22,055 nucleotides of DNA from the IMG/VR virus record IMGVR_UViG_2545824644_000014; one strand, 5' to 3'. Under the pieces are notes generated by a model. It did not search any database, had not been told where the DNA came from, and saw nothing but the letters and a program-made list of their open reading frames with translations. The DNA is from a virus. Lineage: Duplodnaviria; Heunggongvirae; Uroviricota; Caudoviricetes. A program made the position numbers and the translations under genes. Shown here one piece after another: positions 15,249-22,055 of this stretch; position 1 is the first letter of the stretch; the number at the start of each line of letters is the position of its first letter.

Positions 15249-16301
15249 ATGAATCTGGTGATGTCAGATATTACCCGCAACAAGCTGGGTTGCTATATGG
15301 CGCAACAGGCGTCGCTTAACAATATCCCGGTTTCCGCACTGGTATCGCGATTTACCGTGGAACCCTCGGTACAGCAGCGTTTTGAAAACGCCTCAAAGGA
15401 AAGCACCGAATTTACAAAAAGAATTAACGTGATCGGCGTGACCGACCAGAAAGGCGAAAAAATCCTCCTGGATACCACCGGGCCGATTGCGCGCACGAAT
15501 ACCAGTTATGACGGCACAAAACGCCGTAACCCGAATAACGTGGTTGATCTGAAAAACCGCAAATACCAGTGCGAACAGGTGAACTACGACACGTTTATTT
15601 CATATCCGCAGCTTGATGCCTGGGCGGCACACCCTGATTTTCAGTCCCGCATCAGCGCACAGATTGCCCGACAGGTGGCACTTGACCGCATCATGATCGG
15701 TTTCAACGGCACGTCTCACGCGGATGAGTCCAACTTCAGCACCAACAAGCTGCTTCAGGACGTTAACGTGGGGTGGCTGGAGCACATCAGAACCGACGCC
15801 AGCGAACGCGTTATGAATGACGTGACGCTGACCTCCCGTAACATGGACAACACCGTGGCGCACGCGGGTAAGTATGCGAACGCTGATGCACTGGTACAGG
15901 ACGCGCGCTCATCCCTGCTGGATGAATGGCACAAGGAAGCTGACGACCTCGTGGTGATTATGGGGCGCAACCTGTTTAACTCGCTGCGTCTGCCCGTGCT
16001 GAACAGCATCAGCGGCCAGAATCCGAATGCGGAATTACTCGCCGGGCAGCTCATTCTGTCATCGCGCACCATTGGCGGGCTGGGCGTGTTCCTTGCGCCG
16101 TTCTTCCCGGATTCAACGATGCTGATCACCTCGTTCAACAACCTGTCGATTTACTGGCAGAAAGGTTCAATGCGTCGCCTGATGAAAGACGAGCCGGAAT
16201 ACAACCGCATCGCCACCTACCAGTCCATCAATGACGCTTATGTCGTTGAAGACTATGGCAAGTGCGCGATGGTCACTGGCCTGAAGTTCGCCGACAGCTA
16301 A
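15249..16301 (+). CDS. N: Major capsid protein (P2 gpN-like), 350 aa
   Basis: Strong RBS AAGGAG. Size and position between scaffold and small terminase. Confidence 0.85.
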   Translation: MNLVMSDITRNKLGCYMAQQASLNNIPVSALVSRFTVEPSVQQRFENASKESTEFTKRINVIGVTDQKGEKILLDTTGPIARTNTSYDGTKRRNPNNVVDLKNRKYQCEQVNYDTFISYPQLDAWAAHPDFQSRISAQIARQVALDRIMIGFNGTSHADESNFSTNKLLQDVNVGWLEHIRTDASERVMNDVTLTSRNMDNTVAHAGKYANADALVQDARSSLLDEWHKEADDLVVIMGRNLFNSLRLPVLNSISGQNPNAELLAGQLILSSRTIGGLGVFLAPFFPDSTMLITSFNNLSIYWQKGSMRRLMKDEPEYNRIATYQSINDAYVVEDYGKCAMVTGLKFADS

Positions 16302-16311
16302 TCAACTCACG

Positions 16312-16330
16312 GCGGGCATCATGCCCGCCT
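16312..16330 (+). terminator. Hairpin after the capsid gene; likely a partial terminator or attenuator
   Basis: GGCGGGC-ATCAT-GCCCGCC, a 7-bp GC stem directly after the N stop, with no strong T-tract. Confidence 0.3.
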
Positions 16331-16346
16331 GTAACGGAGAGAAAAA

Positions 16347-17147
16347 ATGATTACTCCTGCACAACAACACTGGCAGAACGTGATGGCACAGCGCGCAGGC
16401 CGGGCGAATGAAGGCGTGGACCACGCCGCGCGTACCGCGCATGAAGAGGTGCTGTATCGTCTGCGTCTGGCACAGGCCCGGCTTAAGGGCGTACAGGCCA
16501 GAAGCGCGAAAGCCGCCATCAAAAAAGAGTTGTTGCCGGATTTTTCCGGCTGGATTGAGGGAACGCTGGAGGCTGACGGCGGGCAGCAGGATGAAGTGAT
16601 TGCCACGCTGATGGTGTGGGCGATTGACTGCGGCGATCTTCCGCTTGCGTTGCGTATTGGTGCGTATGTGGTCCGTCATAACCTCATTATGCCGGATAAC
16701 TTTGGCCGTACTGCTGCCACGGTACTGACCGAAGAAATCTGCAACCCGGTACTGACGCAGGCCGGGACGGATGCTGACGCGGATTTGTCCGCCTTTATCG
16801 AACCACTGGACACCCTCCGGGAGATTGTCACAGACCAGGACATGCCGGACGAAGTGCGCGCCAAATTATGCAAGGCGTGCGCCTTTGCCCGTCGTGGTCT
16901 GACCGATGCAGACAACATGGCCTTATCACTGAAGCTGCTGCGCGAAGCGATGCACCTGAACCCGAACGCAGGTGTGAAACGCGAGATTGCAACCCTTTCC
17001 CGCGCCCTGAAAAAAGCCGATTCCGCAGCCGCACCAGAAGACGCCAGCACACCGCAGGCGCAGGACGAAAGCAGCAAAAGTAAAAAGACAACGCGGAAGC
17101 CTGCAACACGAAAAACCACCGCGACGCAGAAGGCGAAGCGCGGTTAA
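16347..17147 (+). CDS. M: Terminase small (endonuclease) subunit, P2 gpM-like, 266 aa
   Basis: Position after N and a basic, low-complexity C-terminal tail (KKTTRKPATRKTTATQKAKRG). Synteny with P2 O-N-M-L. Confidence 0.8.
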   Translation: MITPAQQHWQNVMAQRAGRANEGVDHAARTAHEEVLYRLRLAQARLKGVQARSAKAAIKKELLPDFSGWIEGTLEADGGQQDEVIATLMVWAIDCGDLPLALRIGAYVVRHNLIMPDNFGRTAATVLTEEICNPVLTQAGTDADADLSAFIEPLDTLREIVTDQDMPDEVRAKLCKACAFARRGLTDADNMALSLKLLREAMHLNPNAGVKREIATLSRALKKADSAAAPEDASTPQAQDESSKSKKTTRKPATRKTTATQKAKRG

Positions 17148-17248
17148 CGACTGACCCCGTCAGCGGGCGGCGTGCGCAGTGTTCCGGTTTGACTCCGTGA
17201 CCGTTTACACCGCGCACCCACCGCCCGATTTTTTCAGGAGTGAACCCC

Positions 17249-17743
17249 ATGAGTATGGTTGCCAGAACCAACCCCGGCCCCGCAGAGGACGACATCACCG
17301 ATACCGATGATGGTGATACCCGTATTTCAGCGGGTGCATTCTGGCCGGATATTGTGCTGCGTGAGCTGCGTCTGGCGGTACGACTGCCGGGCCGTGTGAC
17401 CACCTCCCGCCTGCTGCATACCGCCACCGGGGCCGTGGCACACGTTACCCGCGAGCTGGAAGCGTGGCAGCAGGAACAGCAGGCGGCTGGCCATCAGACG
17501 CTGGCCGATGTTCCGGCACCCGTAATTAACGGAGAAAGCGTCAATCTCTGGCGCTGGCGCAATGCGGTTTACACCGCCACACGCGCCCTGATTCTGGAGC
17601 GTTACCGCGATGCGGACACAACTGACAAGGGCGACCGCCGGGCGGACGCACTGGATATACAGACATCGGATTTGTGGCGCGATGTGAGCTGGGCCATCTC
17701 TGACATTCTGTGCCGCCCGCGAATCTTTGCGGAGTTGTGCTGA
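17249..17743 (+). CDS. L: Head completion/stabilisation protein (P2 gpL-like)
   Basis: ATG at 17249 lies 8 nt after RBS CAGGAG. Synteny. Stop TGA overlaps the X start (TGATG). Confidence 0.75.
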   Translation: MSMVARTNPGPAEDDITDTDDGDTRISAGAFWPDIVLRELRLAVRLPGRVTTSRLLHTATGAVAHVTRELEAWQQEQQAAGHQTLADVPAPVINGESVNLWRWRNAVYTATRALILERYRDADTTDKGDRRADALDIQTSDLWRDVSWAISDILCRPRIFAELC

Positions 17744-17943
17744 TGAAAGTGAAGGCACTGGAAGGCGACACCGTGGATTCGCTCTGTTTCCGGTACTACG
17801 GCACGACGCAGGGCGTCACCGAAAAGGTGCTGGATGCCAACCCCGGACTCTGTCAGCAGGTATTTCTGGACGCCGGGCAGGAAGTGGAGATGCCGGAGCC
17901 GGAGAAGAAGAAACGAGAAATGATTCAGTTGTGGGGGGAGTAG
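17743..17943 (+). CDS. X: Tail protein X (small LysM-like protein), 66 aa
   Basis: MKVKALEGDTVDSLCFRYYGTTQGVTEKVLDANPGL fits the LysM-like fold of P2 gpX. Position is between L and the lysis genes. Confidence 0.75.
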   Translation: MKVKALEGDTVDSLCFRYYGTTQGVTEKVLDANPGLCQQVFLDAGQEVEMPEPEKKKREMIQLWGE

Positions 17944-17945
17944 CA

Positions 17946-18269
17946 GTGAGCACCATTCAAACAGGGATCACAGAGCAGGTTATTGCGTGGCTCTTTGACC
18001 ACCTGCCAACGGTGTATGCAGTAGGCGCGGCGGTCAGCATTTCCGCGCTGATGAGTCTTTATGACGGACGAACACTGGTTCAGACCGTAACGGGATCGCT
18101 GGCGTGCGGCGTTCTTGCCATGGCCGTGGCCGGGTCGTTGCGCTTCTTCGGGTTTCCTGAAGATGCCGTGACGTTTATCGGCGCATCAATCGGTTTTATG
18201 GGTGCAGAGAAAGCACGCGACAAGGTTATTGCGGCCTTTAATCGCAGGGTGAAGGAGAAGGACGAATGA
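17946..18269 (+). CDS. Holin, about 107 aa, GTG start
   Basis: GTG lies 5 nt after GGGGGAG. Two to three hydrophobic helices (VIAWLFDHLPTVYAVGAAVSISALMSL; SLACGVLAMAVAGSLRFFGF; VTFIGASIGFMGA) and a charged C-terminus. Directly upstream of the endolysin, with a 4-nt overlap. Confidence 0.65.
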   Translation: MSTIQTGITEQVIAWLFDHLPTVYAVGAAVSISALMSLYDGRTLVQTVTGSLACGVLAMAVAGSLRFFGFPEDAVTFIGASIGFMGAEKARDKVIAAFNRRVKEKDE

Positions 18270-18658
18270 GCAACACATTTAAATTCAGCAGCCGGAGCGA
18301 AAAGAATTTGCAGGGCGTAAATCCTGATCTGGTGAAAGTGACCCGACGGGCACTGGAAATTTCGGAAGTGGATTTTGGTATCACCGAAGGGTTGCGCAGC
18401 CGTTACCGCCAGAAGCAACTTGTGGCCACAGGTAAGAGCCAGACCATGAACAGCCGCCACCTTACGGGGCATGCCGTGGATGTTGTGGCTTATGTCGGCA
18501 GCCAGGTGTCATGGGAATGGCCGCTGTACGAAAAAATCGCAGCAGCATTCAGACAGGCCAGCCGGGAGCTGAATATTCCGGTGGAATGGGGCGGCGACTG
18601 GAAGACCCTGAAAGACGGACCGCATTTTCAGTTGCCACACGGAGCCTATCCGGCATGA
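18266..18658 (+). CDS. Endolysin, M15-family zinc peptidase (T5-type L-alanyl-D-glutamate endopeptidase), 130 aa
   Basis: N-terminus MSNTFKFSSRSEKNLQGVNPDLVKVTRRALE parallels the T5 endolysin as recalled. Putative Zn ligands sit in SRHLTGHAVD and DGPHFQL. Confidence 0.8.
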   Translation: MSNTFKFSSRSEKNLQGVNPDLVKVTRRALEISEVDFGITEGLRSRYRQKQLVATGKSQTMNSRHLTGHAVDVVAYVGSQVSWEWPLYEKIAAAFRQASRELNIPVEWGGDWKTLKDGPHFQLPHGAYPA

Positions 18659-19062
18659 AGCGCTGGCCCACGCTTGGCGTCGCTTTCCTTCTGATTGCCG
18701 CATGGGGAACATCCATGCGTCTGTCGTGGTCGCTGGGCAGGGAGAACGCCAGAAACGAAGCGCAGGCCAGCGCCCTGAAAAGTACCGTCGACACCCTGAA
18801 TATCATCAGCGCCGGGGTACAGGATATGCAGCAGGTGCTGGCGCAACTCCGCGTGGAAAATCAGCAACGCAATCAGGACGGAGAGGTCAGACGTGAACAG
18901 CTACGCAACGATATTGCAAAAGATGAATGCGCCCACGCTTTGCCTGACGCTCGTTTTACTGACAGGTTGCGCAGGCACGCAGAACGCGCCACGGCCAGCG
19001 CCGTCAGTCCGGCTTATACCGCAGACGCTGACCATTCCGGTAACGCCGCCCCCCTTCCCTGA
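18655..19062 (+). CDS. Rz-like inner-membrane spanin (LysB-like)
   Basis: ATGA overlap with the endolysin stop. N-terminal TM segment (WPTLGVAFLLIAAWGTS), then a coiled-coil-like periplasmic domain. Confidence 0.7.
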   Translation: MKRWPTLGVAFLLIAAWGTSMRLSWSLGRENARNEAQASALKSTVDTLNIISAGVQDMQQVLAQLRVENQQRNQDGEVRREQLRNDIAKDECAHALPDARFTDRLRRHAERATASAVSPAYTADADHSGNAAPLP

Positions 19063-19213
19063 CCCTCCCACATGGGGAAATCTCGGTATATGGGGCGACC
19101 GCCTTCTGGATGCACTGGAAACCTGTAACGCGGATAAACGGGCCATTGAATTACTGGAACAGCGCAAGCTGCAACGACTGAACAACGAGGACAACAACCA
19201 TGCTGAAAACTGA
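18923..19213 (+). CDS. Rz1-like outer-membrane lipoprotein spanin (LysC-like), out of frame with the Rz 3' end
   Basis: Lipobox L-L-T-G-C after a short signal sequence (MNAPTLCLTLVLLTGC). Proline-rich mature part. Overlaps the 3' end of the Rz-like gene and runs beyond it; an upstream in-frame ATG at 18893 is an alternative start. Confidence 0.6.
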   Translation: MNAPTLCLTLVLLTGCAGTQNAPRPAPSVRLIPQTLTIPVTPPPFPDPPTWGNLGIWGDRLLDALETCNADKRAIELLEQRKLQRLNNEDNNHAEN

Positions 19214-19667
19214 TTCCCTGCGTGAAGCCATGACCCGTTCATGCCGATGGTGTCAGGCCAACCCGGAAAAATTCACCATTTTCGTGGAGAGCGGCAACAT
19301 TGAAACGACCGGAGAAACGCCCTCGTTTGTTTACCGCTATCAGATGGTGATGTTTGTCATGGATTACGCCGGGGAGCTGGACGACCTCACGCTGCCGCTA
19401 CTGGCGTGGTTATCCGAAAATCAGCCGCAATTGTTGCTCAATCCGGAGCGTAATCAGGACATCAAATTCTCCGCCGTTATCAATGACGATGACAGCGCCG
19501 ATCTCCTGTTTACGCTCCCCCTGCGGGAACGCGTTCGCATCACGCGCAGCAGTCAGGGGACACCGCAGGCAGAACACCTGCCGGAGCCAAAACCCCGTCT
19601 GCCATCTTCCGAAGGCGACTGGTCGCATGTATTCCAGGATGTGACGTGGGGTGAAAGCGATGGATAA
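19200..19667 (+). CDS. R: Tail completion protein (P2 gpR-like), 155 aa
   Basis: Synteny (lysis, then R, S, V, W, J) and size. Confidence 0.75.
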   Translation: MLKTDSLREAMTRSCRWCQANPEKFTIFVESGNIETTGETPSFVYRYQMVMFVMDYAGELDDLTLPLLAWLSENQPQLLLNPERNQDIKFSAVINDDDSADLLFTLPLRERVRITRSSQGTPQAEHLPEPKPRLPSSEGDWSHVFQDVTWGESDG

Positions 19668-20295
19668 GGCATTCACCCGCGTGGATGAAACCTTTGAGGC
19701 TATCCGCGACAGCCTGAATCAGCAGGCCATCAATAACATCGCCAGAAAGCTGGCACAGGATTTACGTCGCGCCCAGCAGGCACGTATCCGGTCACAGAAA
19801 GCGCCGGACGGGACCGCATGGACACCACGCAGACGCCGCGTAACCCGGATACAGGAGCGCATTCGCTTTATCTGGAATAACGAAGCACGCACGCTGAAAA
19901 ACTGGCATCACGACACGGGGAAATACGGGCGAACCATCACCGGGTGGGATGAGGATAAAAACAGCATCCGCACGTTTTACCGGGATGACATCGACCGCTT
20001 TCTGGAAATACGCACCCGGCGCATCAACCAGGACAGCACAAAGCGCGTCCCCATGTTCGTAAAACTGCGCACCGCCCGCTACCTGAAAGCCCGTGCAGAT
20101 GCTTCCGGTGTGACGGTGGGTTACAGCGGCGTGGCCGCACGTATTGCACGCGTTCATCAGTTCGGTGAGCGCGATCAGGTTGCGCCGGGCATTTTCACCG
20201 ATTACCCGGTACGTGAGCTGTTGGGCATCAGTCAGGCAGATGAACGCCTGATTTATAACACGGTGCTGGGCCGGATTGCGGAGGCTGTACGGTGA
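19651..20295 (+). CDS. S: Tail completion / virion morphogenesis protein (P2 gpS-like), 214 aa
   Basis: Synteny. Overlaps the R 3' end and its stop overlaps the V start. Confidence 0.75.
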   Translation: MKAMDKAFTRVDETFEAIRDSLNQQAINNIARKLAQDLRRAQQARIRSQKAPDGTAWTPRRRRVTRIQERIRFIWNNEARTLKNWHHDTGKYGRTITGWDEDKNSIRTFYRDDIDRFLEIRTRRINQDSTKRVPMFVKLRTARYLKARADASGVTVGYSGVAARIARVHQFGERDQVAPGIFTDYPVRELLGISQADERLIYNTVLGRIAEAVR

Positions 20296-20873
20296 GCGCA
20301 GAACTCATGCGACTGCTGAGCAATATCATCCGCACCGGGATCATCTCTGAAGTTGATGAGAAGTCCTGGCGCGTGCGCGTTCGCAGCGGCGAACTGGAAA
20401 CAGGCTGGTTGCGCTGGAACACCACGCGCGCGGGAGCCTTCAATGTGTGGCTGCCGCCATCACCAGGCGAACAGGTGGTAATTGCCTGCATTGGCGGCAA
20501 CCCGGAAACCGCCATGATAATTGGCAGCCTGTGGAGTGATGCCAGTCCGGCCCCCGGCAAAAGCCTGAAAGAAATCGTGATCAGCGCGCCGGATGGCGCG
20601 GTGTTCCGCTACGACGCGGACGCAGGCGCACTGAGCGCCAGCGGCATGAAAACGGCCACTTTACAGGCATCCGTCAGCGTGACACTGGACACGCCCGTCG
20701 TGGAATGCACAGACCTTCTGAGAACGGCGACGCTTGACGTCACAAAAGGGGGAAAGATGAGCGGCAATATCACGCACAGCGGCGGCAATTTCACCTCAAA
20801 CGGCATTACCGTGCATACGCATAAACACGGTGGCGTGAAAGGTGGCAGCGATTCGACAGGAGGCCCGCAGTGA
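20292..20873 (+). CDS. V: Baseplate assembly/spike protein (P2 gpV-like), 193 aa
   Basis: Synteny and size. Glycine-rich C-terminus (HTHKHGGVKGGSDSTGG), typical of spike tips. Confidence 0.8.
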   Translation: MSAELMRLLSNIIRTGIISEVDEKSWRVRVRSGELETGWLRWNTTRAGAFNVWLPPSPGEQVVIACIGGNPETAMIIGSLWSDASPAPGKSLKEIVISAPDGAVFRYDADAGALSASGMKTATLQASVSVTLDTPVVECTDLLRTATLDVTKGGKMSGNITHSGGNFTSNGITVHTHKHGGVKGGSDSTGGPQ

Positions 20874-21220
20874 CAACCCGCTACACAGGAATGAACCCGG
20901 ACGGAACGGGAAACCTGAACGATATGGAGCACCTGAAACAGTCAGTCAGGGACATCCTGACCACCCCGCTGGCAAGCCGGGTTATGCGACGGGAATATGG
21001 CAGCCTTGTGCCTGATTTGATTGACGAACCCATGAATAACACCACGCGTCTGCAATGCATGAGTGCTGCCGTGATTGCACTGACACGATGGGAACCCCGC
21101 ATTGCCCTGGACGCCATCGACGTTGTCTGGAAAGCGGGAGGCCGCGCCGGGGTGACGCTGTCGGGCACTGTCATGCAGACCATGCAGAATGTTGAATTAA
21201 CCATCACGCTGAGGGAGTAA
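20870..21220 (+). CDS. W: Baseplate protein W (gp25/GPW family), 116 aa
   Basis: Size, synteny and the overlapping start after V. Confidence 0.8.
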   Translation: MTTRYTGMNPDGTGNLNDMEHLKQSVRDILTTPLASRVMRREYGSLVPDLIDEPMNNTTRLQCMSAAVIALTRWEPRIALDAIDVVWKAGGRAGVTLSGTVMQTMQNVELTITLRE

Positions 21221-21223
21221 ATC

Positions 21224-22055
<832 letters not shown>

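Noticed and set aside
16828-17427. 199-aa minus-strand ORF, plus other minus-strand ORFs across the late operon (for example 15755-16141, 18080-18472, 20881-21312)
   Set aside because: All are antisense to well-supported structural or lysis genes, and their Arg/Ser/Cys-rich low-complexity translations are what GC-rich antisense frames produce.

Overview
This window is the left part of an integrated P2/186-like (Peduovirus-type) temperate prophage of an enterobacterial host, read from the integrase end. Identifications rest on reading the supplied translations against remembered family sequences; no database search was run. Gene order is: tyrosine integrase (1-1002, -), two AT-rich cargo genes, an XRE-type repressor, a Cox-like switch and early genes, a rolling-circle replication protein A (6275-9097), a cargo island at the A-to-portal variable locus, a non-coding region expected to hold cos, then portal Q, terminase P, scaffold O, capsid N, small terminase M, head completion L, tail X, a lysis cassette, and tail/baseplate R, S, V, W, J. 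J is cut short by an IS21-family (IS100-like) element whose istA start runs off the window end. The A-to-portal island carries a ParM/ParR-like actin-type partition pair with palindromic parC-like repeats, plus an orphan 135-aa gene. The most interesting candidates for an undescribed system are the two membrane/secreted cargo genes between the repressor and int, and the partition-like module sitting where P2 carries tin/old. Other points are a terminator-and-repeat region with no clean coding assignment inside the early operon (5280-5600), and a T5-type M15 peptidase endolysin in place of the P2 lysozyme.
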